A DNA stretch of 60,181 bases, filler included, from Sphacelaria rigidula (taxonomy: Eukaryota), in NCBI GenBank assembly GCA_964200075.2. It is 10 parts of 10 records of this genome, joined end to end, with 100 filler letters (N's around TTAATTAATTAA, not from the genome) between each part and the next. Parts side by side here need not be neighbours in the genome. Positions count along the whole stretch, not along the records: positions 36,170 to 42,097 come from CAXNAA020023424.1; positions 42,198 to 48,125 come from CAXNAA020023425.1; positions 48,226 to 54,153 come from CAXNAA020023426.1; 7 more parts are not named here. One strand, 5' to 3'. The position numbers and the translations under genes were made by a program. This document shows positions 36,170-48,289 of the stretch, piece after piece. Each line of letters opens with the position of its first letter. The first letter of the stretch is position 1. The notes below the pieces were generated by a model. That model saw only the letters and a program-made list of their open reading frames with translations. It was not told the origin of the DNA and did not search any database.

Positions 36170-38165
36170 GCCTTTCCCTTTTCTACTACTTTTGTTATGT
36201 GTGCATCCCAAGAACAGTTTTTGTAGATCTCAACGCCAAGGTATGTATACTGGTCCACGATCGGCAGTTCCTCTTCTCCCCACTTTCATTTGAACTTTAC
36301 CGTACTTTTGATCTGCGTCACAGACGAGTACCGCGCATTTGCTAACGTTCGCTGTTACTCTCCATTTCCTAGTGTGTTCTAGCGCCTTGTCTGTTTGTTT
36401 CCGTAATCCTTCTGCTGTTCCTGAAGCCCCCACACAATCATCCGCGAACATCAATCCTGATACAATATCTCGATCCGCCTGAACCCCTTGCTTTGTTGCT
36501 CCTACTGCTATTGTCAAATCATTCATAAAACACTTGAACAAAGTGGGTGATAACGCGCATCCTTGTGCATCTCCTCGTATAATATCAAAATGTTTCGGCA
36601 TTTCCCCGTCTAGCAGCAGAGCACTTTTGGCACATTCTGTCATCTTCTTTACCATTTTCCACATCTCTCCTCTAATTCCAGCTTCCCAGCTTCCCACAAC
36701 TTTTTCCACGGCCCATTTCTTCAAACTGGGTCATAAGCCTTTTGCACGTCCAGAACGAAATAGTACGTTATCAGCCCGGTGTCTTTCCTACCCTGAATAA
36801 TCTTACCTAATGTCTACACACGATCTACGCAACTACGGTTTGGTCTGAATCCTACTTGCCCCTCGTTGATTTTGTCTTCCTTTTCTAGCCTCGTTCTTAC
36901 TCTATCGTTTAGAATCTTACAGAATGTTTTTCCTACCGTGCTTAGTAGCACTGTCTCTCTATATTTCTCTGGATCAGCCCTGTCTCCTTTTTTGAAAAAG
37001 GTGACGACTGCTCCTTCTCTCCACCTCTTGGGTGTGTACTCATTTTCCCAAATCCAGTTGTACAGCATAAACATCATGGTAATCATTTAATTTCCCCCGT
37101 ACTTCATCAATGCATTCACTATTTTGTCTGCCCCTGCTGCCTTCCTGTTCTTGAGTTTAGCTACGCACCCCTTTACTTCATCTTTGGTAAGCTCTCTCTG
37201 CAATTCTTTCGAGCCACTATCCTCCCGTTTTGGCGCCTCTACATTTGCCTCTGCCCACGCGTTGATTTCTTTTTCGAATCCCATGTCGAACTCCGTGCTT
37301 TTGGTGTTCCTAGCTCACGGTAGTGCTCGACTAGCACTTCTCTTTTCCCCTGAACTGCTTACTATTTTACCGTTCGGTGCCCAGAGTGTGGCTATCCCCT
37401 TGTCCATCTTTCCTGCCTGGTTTCCCGTTATCCTTTATATACCTACCCACATTTGATATTTGTTTCAGCCCGCCATCGGAGATCTCCATTTGTTGTTTTC
37501 ACTACATCTTCCCATACTCCCTTCTTTTGCTGCTGTACCATCTTTTTTACTCTCTTGAGAGCTTTAGTATACTCCTCCCATCCTGCCGTAGTTCTACTCT
37601 ATATCCATCTCGCGCGGGCCTCTCTCCTTCCTCTTATAGCCTCTTTCACGTCCTCATCCCACCATTTCACTGGTCTGTTGTATACGATCAGTTTCCTCCC
37701 TATGACTTCACTCGCTGTGTTTTTAACCCACTGCTCTCATCCTTCTAAAATCTTCGCTCCTGCCCGATTTCTTTCCATTTCAGTATCAAATGTACGTACG
37801 CATTCTAACAGTTCGAAAAACTTCACTGCTTTTTTGGTCATTTCTTCTTGGAACTCTTGCTGTTTTTCTTCCATTTCTAGTGTATCGATTCTCCATTTGT
37901 ACAACTTCCTACCCCGCCTGTTTCTTTCAGCTCTCGTCTGCTGGCTTTCTGTCCATATAATCAATGACCTGCGGATCCGACCTCCTCCGCGCATACATGT
38001 CCTTCCATTTCTTCATTATTTCCATGCTCTACCACCCTTAATATATAGTCAAGATTTTGTTTCTGTTGTTTGTTTTTTTCCTTAGAGCGTGTTTCAGTTT
38101 CGTTTTTCTCGGGTATGTCTGTCATGAGACCACGGCTGGACCCCTGGGGGGTCAGATAAAGTGCG

Positions 38166-38197
<32 letters not shown>

Positions 38198-38850
38198 GAG
38201 CGGAACGTTTTATCTCGTTTTTGCATATTTTAGTCCATGTCCGTTGCACCTCTGGCTTTTGTGCTCTATTCGTTATGCTAAAGGAACTTCAGTCTTTCCA
38301 CCCTATTTGCGTTCTTCCTACCTTTCCCGTATTGCTCGATGATATCATCCGGTTGACCTGCTCTTTCTATTCTTGCACTAAAATCTCCCACTTACATTAC
38401 TTCTCCTTGCCTTTTATACTAATGGACATCTGCTGATATCCCTCCAAACCTCCGTTGTATATCGTTCACCCTACTCTCCGATTCTGGGGGCATGCAGATG
38501 TTCCCTACGAAGGAGTCCTCCGCTCCCCGCTCTCCTGGTACTCTCAGCCATTTGCTCTGGTCGAATTTCGTGTCGTCGATCACTTCTATATTGTCACACA
38601 GATATCCGTTGACTAAAAACTCTTCCTCCCCCCCCGCTCCTCTGCTCTTGGACTTCTGTCCCTTCCGCTTTTTCCTTATCCATGCGCACTCTTCAACTTT
38701 GCATGCTATTTTCGCCCCCTCTTTCTCCCATGACTCTTGGATTCCTACTATATTTACGTCGTGTTTACTCACCTGTTGTGCCATCTCTTCTCTTTTGCCC
38801 TTGTCTGCGACGAACCCACACACGTTCCACGATCCAATTTTTACCTTCCT
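36170..38850 (-). mobile_element. Degenerate LINE ORF2 (APE endonuclease + reverse transcriptase)
   Basis: Endonuclease motifs IVGIQESW and S.LDYI. RT motifs KLKNRKAAGADKI, WREG...FKKGD...YR...LLSTVGK, QVGFRPNRSCVD, QGCALSPTLF..FMNDL, GLMFADD and NVSKC. Many frameshifts and stops. Runs off the scaffold at 36170. Confidence 0.93.
38055..38193 (+). mobile_element. 5'-truncated (CAAT)n-tailed SINE-like insertion inside the LINE endonuclease
   Basis: Flanked by TCAAGA at 38049-38054 and 38194-38199. Removing it restores IKRSALDYILRV on the minus strand. Homologous to 8724-8835. Confidence 0.8.
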
Positions 38851-38977
38851 TTTCCAATCAGTATCTGCTCTCGTGTTGTCTACTGTTCTCTCTCCGCCGC
38901 TTTTAGTTTTATTTTCCCTTGCTTGGTTGTTCTTCCCGTTTCTGCGTTGGTCTTCGTCGATTCGCTTCGGGTCGCTA

Positions 38978-39008
<31 letters not shown>

Positions 39009-39537
39009 GCCCCCCCCCCCCCCCCTCTCCCTCCCCCCCGCCCCACCCCCCGTTCTAGGTTTGTTGTCCCATTAGCTATGCATACTCTCCACTCTACTCT
39101 TCTATCCCATGCCGACACCTTTCTTGTTCCGTGCTCGCGCTCTGTTTTAGCGTGACTCGGAAGTGTTTTCCCTCTCTTTATACTGTTCCTCTTGCCAAAC
39201 AGTATAGTCCAACTCCATTGTATTTCGTTATACACTCTACTCTTGTCATACCACTACGAACTCCGAATACCAGCACTACTTGTACTTTACCCGCCCATTC
39301 TTTACTTCTCCATCCGCCCTTCCTTACCGTCTTTCTTTCGATCTCTTTCGAGAGAATCTCCAGCTTGTTCGTTCCGAGTGTACTGATGGGATATAGTCAA
39401 CGTACTGGGACACCCCAATCCTAGTACTTGTTGAGGGTCTGGTGCCTTTAGTACTTTTGCTGGCTCACCGACACTAAATAATGCCTCTAACACGGACTCG
39501 TAGCCTGAAGCCAAGTTCAACACGTTTGACACAAGTA

Positions 39538-39973
39538 AACAGCCGATCATCGAAATTGAGGATAGAGCCTTTCATTGAGGATGAGAACCCGTAGAATTGA
39601 GATCTTCATATCCACGCCAAATTTTCGAAATAGGTTTCCATTCCTCCACCTACTGGTAGTTATTGACAACTGCTACACGCTCTACAAATTTGTATTTCGA
39701 TAATCGAAATGTTGGGGTCCTGGATGAGGAAAAGGAATTCAGGTGATCCGATCCGATCGCCGAGATTCCCCGAAATTATTTTTCAACCCAGGACCCCAAC
39801 ATTTCGGTTATCGAAATCCCAAATTATATAACGTGTAGAAGTCGTCAATAGCTACCAGTAGGTGAAGGAATGGAACCGTAATTCGAAGATTTAGTGTGGT
39901 TACGAAGATTTTCATACTCCGTGTTCTCATCCTCAATTAAAAGCTCCATCCTCAATTTCGACGATCGGCTGTT
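39538..39973. mobile_element. Foldback MITE (436 bp, ~190-bp imperfect arms) with a 4-bp AGTA TSD
   Basis: AGTA|AACAGCCGATCATCGAAATTGAGGAT...ATCCTCAATTTCGACGATCGGCTGTT|AGTA. Arms pair inward to GAAATGTTGGGGTCCTGG/CCAGGACCCCAACATTTC. Confidence 0.85.
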
Positions 39974-40770
39974 AGTACCCAACGTTTGCACCAGGCGATC
40001 TTCTTGGTAAACCATCCAGGCGTCCCACAATCGTATCTTCTATCTTCTTGCCCCGCTGCTGTACTGGTTACTTTCCTCCAGGGAGGTCATTTTCACCGTG
40101 TAAGGCTCAACCACGGCTTGCGTAAGACAAGGTCTTACTCACATTGGGATGTCCCGCACATCATTTCTCCCACTCTGTGCACGGTTCACCGTAGGTCGCT
40201 ACTCCACGAATGCTTCCGAGTAGACCTTCGCTGCCGGCAGCTTGGCCAACGATTCCGCCGCACCTTGTACCAGCCTCTATCCTCCAAGATCTCAAGAAGT
40301 CTACTTACCTCTTGGCGCTCCTTCTCATCGGTCATGTGGTCGGTCATCGGTAAGGTGTTTGTTTCATGAGTGCAGTAGGTCTCGACGTTGTGCCATGCAT
40401 TGTCCACCACTTCCCTCCATTAGGCGCCTTTTGCACCTAATGTCGGAAATTTCTGGAAAATGGCTGACCAGATTTCCACCGCCCACTGGAAACTTGTAAG
40501 GTTTTACGGGTATCTCACCACGAGACCCCAACCTCGATATGAATTTAACATGGAGGGGGTGATGACCCTACCCTATCCGTACTTGTTATGTATCCTGTAT
40601 TCTCGATTGGCATGTAAGGTGGTCGACCTTCACGCTACTACTTCCTTGTCTAGATTTGGTTCTATTATTGTCTTAGCTTTGTTATGATTTGGGAGGAGAA
40701 TCTCGGTTACTTCCCGTCTTGATACGCGAACGTATATCGGCCTTTTTTCGCGGTTTCACGTCAACGTCCA

Positions 40771-41070
40771 GGCTGTGTCATGGTAGGTGAAAGAAAAAGG
40801 ATGGTTAGCTTCTCTATTCCATGTCCATGTTCGGGCTGTGTTATGGTAGGTGGAAGAAAGGGGGTCAGTTTCTCTATTTCATGTCTGTTTCCCGGCCGTG
40901 TTCTGGTAGGTTGAAGAAAAAGCAGGATCAGCATCTCTATTCCATGTCTATGTCCGGGCTGTGTTATGGTAGGTTGAAGAAAAAGCAGGATTAGCTTCTC
41001 TATTCCTTGTCTATAGCGAGGCTGTGTTATGGTAGGTTGAAGAAAAAGAAGGGTTAGCTGCTTTATTTTC
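40771..41070. repeat. Minisatellite, ~5 copies of a 60-63-bp unit
   Basis: Units GGC(T/C)GTGT..TGGTAGGT..AAGAAA...TCTCTATT.C.TGTC start at 40771, 40834, 40894, 40957 and 41020. Confidence 0.92.
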
Positions 41071-41206
41071 GATCCGGGACTTTCTTTTGTCTAGTGGCGA
41101 CTTATTGTAAAAGTACGTAGACGGTCTGTACATTTTATGTCTAGGTTCTGTTGACTTGTTTTACAGCACCGTTGCCACTCGACGCCAACCCAAGAGTCTA
41201 GAAGTG

Positions 41207-41300
41207 ACGGGGGGGGAGGGGGCATACACATTTGTTTCTTGCCTTGGTCGTTTGACCATTGACCACGGATCCCTTTCGAGACGGAGCACCGTTCCTACTC
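41207..41300 (-). repeat. Poly-C-ending dispersed repeat (copy 3)
   Basis: Reverse complement AGAGTAGGAACGGTGCTCCGTCTCGAAAGGGATCCGTGGTCAATGGTCAAACGACCAAGGCAAGAAACAAATGTGTATGCCCCCTCCCCCCC. Confidence 0.75.
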
Positions 41301-41917
41301 TAAATAGAGATACTTCCAACATTCCGGCGCTCATTACGCTTCTTGCATACACTACACAAAACCCTTAACAAATCTTACCAGATGCGAGGGGGTGGGCATT
41401 TTCTTCACGCTGTGCTCAATGCTCGCCAGGAGCGATAAAGAAGGTACGAGATGCCGTGGCTCGTTTATATTCTCTCATCGAAACAGAATAGCTCTCGTGA
41501 ACACATTATGTGGGAGTGTTTTTCTGGGTATTCCCCGTAGCAGAGTTGATCAACTGAGCATATGATGGGTTCCTACGTGCGCTATTAGTGCTGTTGGCCT
41601 ACAGTAGTATAGTCTACAGCATCACACAAACGTGTCACTGGGGAATTTGGTGGGGGTAGCACGTCGCACCTATTTGCTTTGCTTTGCCTTTTTATTATAT
41701 ACTTCTAGCTTTTCAGGGTGATTCTTCTCAAGGTTGAAAACAAAGCTAGCTGGTATTGCCGACAGTTCTACTTTTTCGTCTTGGAGTCTTCCCAGAATAA
41801 CGCAACTCGTCCCAATACACGAACTAAAATAGAAATAGCTCTACCGCGCAAGACGCGCGTATTTTCTTTCCACACCATTCGCCTCTGTGCGAACTTAAAC
41901 CCTGCCTCCACACTCAC

Positions 41918-42026
41918 GTTGTGCATTATCTCCAATGAGGGACGACAGACGCCCTCTCTGGTGACCCACTCATGACGCATGGCTTCTTCCAGGGTGATCC
42001 GGGTAAAAGGGTTTTTGTCAAGCATC
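41918..42026 (-). CDS. Exon of a Ser/Thr protein kinase, subdomain XI (CAMK-group/CaMKK-like)
   Basis: Minus strand: pyrimidine tract + CCTAG|G ATG CTT GAC...CAC AAC|GTGAGT, giving (R)MLDKNPFTRITLEEAMRHEWVTREG, the ML..dP..Rit..e...H.W motif. Other exons not located. Confidence 0.8.
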
Positions 42027-42319
42027 CTAGGCGATGCAGAAAGAAAAGCAAGGGGCGCGGGGGGGGTTGGGGGGGGGGGGGGGGGGTACTAATGAGCNNN
42101 NNNNNNNNNNNNNNNNNNNNNNNNNNNNNNNNNNNNNNNNNTTAATTAATTAANNNNNNNNNNNNNNNNNNNNNNNNNNNNNNNNNNNNNNNNNNNNCCG
42201 AGCTAACCGTCGTATACCCCCGCACGAGGGGAAAGTACTACTTAAAACTGCGCCATCCCCCCCCCCCCCACCCCCCCCGAAGGAGAACCGCCACCAAAAT
42301 ATCGAGAACCTTTGCAACC

Positions 42320-42415
42320 CAGAGGTATGCACAAAAAAGTTCTTCTCGTGTCGGGATTCGAACGCGTGACCTGTGTAATTTGAGGCTGTTGTATCAGTTT
42401 GACCACCGGGATCAC
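42320..42415 (-). mobile_element. tRNA-derived SINE head (Pol III A/B boxes)
   Basis: Reverse complement GATCCCGGTGGTCAAACTGAT...GGTCACGCGTTCGAATCCCGACACGAG has an A-box-like motif and a GTTCGAATCC B box, but no full cloverleaf. Confidence 0.5.
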
Positions 42416-43055
42416 ACAAAAGTGCGGCGCGAAGCCCAATTTCACGTATTTTTGGATATAATTTTACAAGGGGCGTTGTCACCGTTTTCATCAATTTTTG
42501 AGGAAGTTATAGCATTTCCCCCCTGATTTTGCTGAAACTTACACTCGCTCTAACTTCATATATTTTCTCCCCCCGTGACATCCCTCAGATCCACTTCTAT
42601 GGCAACGAATCTCGATTTTTTGGGACCCCGGGGGGACTCAAATTCGTCGACTCAAAATCTGGGGAACCGTTTTATGGCACAGACAGTACAGCATCACAGA
42701 TTTGTGAAATGCTTTTGTACACGGACGGTCATTTTCTGCGTGAGTGAGGTACTGCGCACTCGTGCATGAAGCCGAGGAGCAGGCAGATGGTGAACAATCC
42801 TTCGAGTACAGTGTCGTACCTTGGTACCCTAAGGTGATACAGTGCAGGACACTACATCGGTACAGTACATGATAATGCCGTGTGGTAGTACATGGCAGCA
42901 CAGCCGGTATTGCGAGAACAGAAAACAGTGGGCGAGCAGAGTTCAGTAGTGCAGTGTTGTACATCACCCGTCAACTACAGCGATAAGTAGTCAAGTACAG
43001 TAGCGTTCGTTACAGAGATACATATGGCAGGTCAGCGCAGCATAAAATATTACTA

Positions 43056-43951
43056 CCGTAAGTTGCTCTGTGATCGCACAGGGGTGTGTTCTCACGACTC
43101 CTGTGCGAACACCGCGCCCCTTGTGCGAAAATCGAATTAAATCATTTGGTACTGCTTTTCCATCGCACACCCCTCTGCCATCTCAACGGCATGTGCGATA
43201 TTGAGGAAATAATTTCGATGACACCAGGGTCTTTGAACGCACGCTCTGTGCGATAACCTCGCCATGTGCGATACTGAGTAAATCTTCGCCGGTGTAAAGG
43301 AACAATCTGCAACAGTACTGCCGTAGGAACAGGGTCTGAAGATGCCTGAAACATAGCAAGTACACACGGCACACAGCCACAGCACGACAGCATCAGACAC
43401 ACCGCACGAGCCTACGGTAGTTGTCGTGGTACCGGTATACCGTTACACGAAATGTCGAAGAGAGAGACGAGGCTGATTACAAGAAATATCGTTCGGTGCC
43501 CATACGCGTTTGCTCTCGGGCTTCGTTCTTTCCGTCGGTGTTGGCGTTTGGTGAAACGTTTCGGCTTTGGTGGTTTCATCCAAGGTGTACGAGGAGAACT
43601 GGAGTAGAATAATCTGAAAAAGAAAACCACTCCGTATGCTTTTTGTGTCTGCATTGCCACGCCGCAGTGCGTAGTCCAGATAAGCCCCATGGTGACCAGT
43701 GGAATAAAGACAAAAATCGTGGCAACTCAGGCTCTCCGCCCCAAAGACCCATCCGCGCGCACGTGTCCTCACGCCCGGAAGGTGGCTAAGACGCATTTCA
43801 CCCTTGAGATCGCACCCCTGTGCGAAAACAACGCCCCCTGTGCGAAAGACCACTTAAATAATTTTAAACCGTGTTTTTGATCGCACAGGGGTGCGTTCTC
43901 ACGAGCCGTGTGCGAAATTCACGCCCTGTGCGATCACAGAGCAACTTACGG
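43056..43951. mobile_element. Non-autonomous Tc1/mariner/pogo-type element (896 bp), perfect 28-bp TIRs, TA TSD
   Basis: TA|CCGTAAGTTGCTCTGTGATCGCACAGGG...CCCTGTGCGATCACAGAGCAACTTACGG|TA, with many subterminal TGTGCGA motifs and no transposase ORF. Confidence 0.9.
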
Positions 43952-45728
43952 TATCACCGCAGGGCACGACGTCAGCACTTATTATCCGCTTGTCAAACCC
44001 CGTGCGAAGTTGCTTTTGCAAGTGGGGTGGGCAGTAGGCACGCCCTATGCTGTCACGAGACTGTCTTCTGCTGCCGTTGCAAAAATATCAAACGTCCCGC
44101 ACTCTAGCAATGTACGTCAGTGCGCGTACGCCACCTCGAAAAAATCGGGAGGAGTCACGATCTCGGAACTATTTGCCCCGATTTTTTCGCCCCCGATTTG
44201 GTCCAAATCGGTTTCCATAAAATGCGTTCTCCGATTCCTCTCCCCCCCCCCCCCCCCCGATTTTGAAAAAATCGAGATTCGTGCCTGCCATAAAAGTGGG
44301 TCTTACAGGGTTGCGCGGATTGACAATAAAAATGTCATGTCAAAATTTCAGCGCCCAAGTCTTCGAATTGCCAAAAGCATCTCTACTCTTCATTTAAAAA
44401 TCACTGATGGCCGGCTCAGGTGGTACTGTCGATTAAACCGGAACTGCAGTTGACTGGAACTGGCGACGAGGGTGCTCATTATGAGTTCCTTCCGTTATTA
44501 CCGATTCGCACAAGCTTAGATGTGAGTTATGGCCGTGATTTTTGTAATTTTTGTCCAGGGTTTACGCAGAGGGTGGTATTGGTCGGGGATCGTCTCCAAT
44601 CCGCACTGCCGTGTTTACTGCAGTTGTAGATATTATGCACGTGCTCCGCTATACTGGTAGTTGCGCAGTTTGTTGTCCCACCCACACCGCTGCTGGTGTT
44701 CTGCAACAACGGTGAGTTGTTGAGGGTATAGACAGCAGTACAGTTGTACTGCGCGCAGTTGGCATCGGACACTTGTGACGGTTATGATTATTGCGTCCCT
44801 GTAAAACGCATTTGTGCACTCAATAGTGGAATCCCGTTTCGTACAGCCATCGAGTCAGAGTCAGCGAGAGATACAGTGGTATAGGCCAACACCTTCACAC
44901 ACTTGGTCCAGTTCTGGATGCTCGCAGACAACGCGACAAAGGATACGTAGCGGGACTCATTGTCTCCAATTTCAAAATGCATACAGTACATGCGAAATGG
45001 GCGCAACGCCAGTAGCACACCCACTCACCCATGGAACACTAGTGTGGTAGTCTGCTCCAGTAGCTCTTCCATCATTTCAAGCTGATCTTTTTCATAGAAG
45101 GCATGCACATCCGAGTTCCGTACGGCTGGGTGCTTCTTTCAGATACGGCGCCCGCAGTCACCGTCCTGTTGAACTCCTCCTCCTCCCCCCCCCCCCCCCC
45201 GGACATCCCGCCCGCCCCATGCATACAAACGATCACCCCNNNNNNNNNNTTTTTGACCTTCACGGCCCCACCCGCCCCCTCTCTTCCCCCCCCCCCCCCC
45301 CGCACGCGCCGCATGTCTTCGGAGACCCCGATTTTAAAATTTCCGCCACATAGGATATTCTGCTTCAGATCCGCTATCGACAACATGGATTTGTTTCGTC
45401 TCTTCTCATGAATGAACATACATATACACCTACATGCGGTTGTGCTCAATTTTTGGTAGCAAAACTGTTTTGTGAACTTTATACATAAATCAATACACCC
45501 GAAAGTATTAAGTCTCTATTTTATGAGCTAAAGGAAAGCCTTCCTTCCAATTTGTAAAGGTGATGTGTTGTCATATCGTCTGTAGTACGACGTTGAGGTA
45601 ACATTTCAAATTAGATGACAACAGTACATACGGCGGCTGGAACTCACATCTTCTGCGAAGCGGCATGCACACTCGTATCTGCTCTCGCAACAGGTTCCTC
45701 GTCATCAACAGCCTCATTACCCGAGAAA

Positions 45729-45800
45729 ATGGCTGTGACCAAGAACTCCCGGATCATCGCGCTATTCGATGTAGATGGAACACTCACTGCGGCGCGAAAG
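45729..45800 (+). CDS. PMM: Phosphomannomutase (eukaryotic HAD IIB family), first coding exon
   Basis: AAAATGG start, MAVTKNSRIIALFDVDGTLTAARK|GTACGT. LFDVDGTLT..R is the PMM/Sec53 motif I. Exon 2 not found in this scaffold. Confidence 0.85.
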
Positions 45801-48225
45801 GTACGTCAATTAGCTGAGTGCAAGAGATCCGTACAAATCGCTCCAGAAGTACCAAAAAGAATCTCGTGACTCCGAAGCAGAGACGGACAACAGTACAGTA
45901 ATTCACAGACAGAAACATAAGACGATCGCGTGTTCTGTGGACCGCTGGTTTTGCTTATTACCGGGCAAGACGAGAGTACTGCCTGAATGACAGCACCTCC
46001 AGAGATTCGCGTGCACTGTATTTGCTTAGATGTACTGTGCAAACGTAGCCGTGCAGAGTGCAGATGAGCATCAGCCACTGCCTCCGTTTTTCGTTCGGTG
46101 CAGCTCGCCCCTCTCGAATGGTGCTGTCGTGGAACAAACGCCAACAAGCGAGGACGCGGAACAAATTGCCACATGGTACCAGTGAGAAATCGGAACATGC
46201 TCTGAATATTCCGCTAGTTGAAATGGTTCGTAACTCGAGAGCCGTCATTATTTCACTGCCCAGGTAATACAAGGTTGGAGGGAGGTGGCACTACAATCCA
46301 TAGTGGTCAGATGTAAGCGAAGGCACTCGCCTCTGTTGGACGATAATTGTGACCCTCTCCACCCCTCATTTATGGTGAAGTGCCTCATGTGCACACCCAA
46401 GTGCTTCATGTGCACCACTCATGTGTGTGTCGGGGTGGGCGGCTCGATCGTTCCCGTAGAAGTCGATGGGTGAGCAAACTCTCAAAGAACAAATACAGGC
46501 TACGAACTGCCGTCGGTTCGATGGATTCGTATCTGTACACTCTCTTGCTTGACCCTGCATCTCCGGTAGATCTTTTCTCCTTTCTGCCTTCCTTTCTGTT
46601 CGTGTTCTGAGCTCCTCATCTTGAGATACTTCTCGGCTTCTATGATGGCACGTAGCAAGCCGCTCAACACCGCATAGGCCATTGCTGCGTATATGCACCG
46701 TCGTTTTCTACTTTCACCTTCGTCTCTGCAAACGAAAGATTCATCAAAATCATCAAAGCATTCACGCCGCCTCAAAGCGACTACGAAAATGAAGTTCCCC
46801 GAGCGCGTTCATTAGGGCAGCACTTCGAAGCCACCCCGCTGTCGCCGCCTAGTGCTCACGTACGCAGGCATGATCTATATTTTGTTTGAGATGGGTGCTT
46901 CCTGACGTGAGGTTCGGAACCCCCTTGGATGGCCGTGCCGATACGTTCAGCACCAGCAGTGCATTGAGAATGAACCCGGACTAACACAAAAATGTGAACG
47001 ACTAACTTGTACCGAGAAAATGTTCATCGATTCCGAATGCGAGCATCGAATGCTTCGCTTCGCTGGGACGCCATTACAGTAGTACCATGTACACTTGATA
47101 TCTAGTGCATCGCTCCGTACTGAACATGTTACATGGTGTTCTTTGTTCTATGCTTGTATTTGTAAACTTGAGCGGTATTTACTATTACTGTACTGTGGTT
47201 CATGCCGTGGTACGCGGCATCCTACCCCCAACCGCTTTGCTCTGAATAATTGCCTCGTACAATGAACGAGATGTACAGCTTTGTACTGACTGAAGAGCAC
47301 CAGCTTTACATACAGTACCTTGTAACATGCACCGTTACAGCGCACCACACGGAACAGGATGGCAGCATTGCTCGCTTTGGCTGAGGAGTCTGGCCAGCCC
47401 TTGTCGATTCTCTGAGCACTTGCAGATGAGACCAGTGCGTCTTTCAAAGATTCATGACGTACATCCTTGGCCGTCGGGGTGACTTCATTTGCTCTATTGG
47501 CAACACAGTGAACCCTTCGACTATCTCGGCATCGTTTCGGAATAATTCACCCGCTAATAGTCCAGGAGATTCATTTTTTTATGGGGGGAGGGGGGGGGGC
47601 GTGAGTTTCCCCTTTCAAAACACCGAATGCCTCCCAGATCAACCGTGCGTGTTTCCAGGCAATTTCTGATTATTCTCATTGGTTGAATGATCCACTGTGC
47701 TCTCCTACGAACCGCCCAGCATAGCCAACCTGGAGATGCTGTTATGTTTCACCATGTGACCTATCGGTCATGAACGCAATGAAAAAAAACGTACTTTTTT
47801 GGTGTCCGCACAACCAGTCATGCTTTCCTACGTTCTCATGTTGCCAAAAGCTGCGCACCGTTGTCTCGACACCAAGTAGGGATGAGACAAGCTGAGTGTA
47901 TGCTGGTTCCCACTGTGTCCAGTGGAGAACAAGGGCTCCACAGTCAGTACTGCTCTACGTGAGGCACTTTCGCGGTCACTTCTCCCGGGCCCATCTTGAC
48001 TACAATCGAGGGGGTGAAGCGTGTCCCGACCCGAAATTTGGCGCGGATAGCGAGTTCGAGGTGCATGTTGCGATCGTTAACCGTTTCTTGCTGTTGTTTT
48101 TTGGAGGGGGGGGGGAAGGGGGGGGNNNNNNNNNNNNNNNNNNNNNNNNNNNNNNNNNNNNNNNNNNNNTTAATTAATTAANNNNNNNNNNNNNNNNNNN
48201 NNNNNNNNNNNNNNNNNNNNNNNNN

Positions 48226-48289
48226 ATGGCCATTTTTTTCGTGACACTTTTGGGCTGGTTTTGGGGGGGGGGCTACCGTAGAAAGTGTC
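48226..48289. mobile_element. One end of the MITE family seen complete at 52347-52598
   Basis: CCATTTTTTTCGTGACACTTTTGGGCTGGTTTTGGGGG...GGCTACCGTAGAAAGTGTC matches 52540-52598. Cut by the scaffold start. Confidence 0.75.

Noticed and set aside
38919..39075. Poly-proline ORFs (also 53738-53947)
   Set aside because: They are translations of poly-C homopolymer runs, not coding sequence.
40771..41070. CRISPR-like array
   Set aside because: Whole units are similar with no unique spacers, the context is eukaryotic, and there are no cas genes.
46420..46500. PMM exon 2 (VGVGGS resembles VGGSD)
   Set aside because: No splice acceptor, the Asp is missing and flanking residues do not match PMM.
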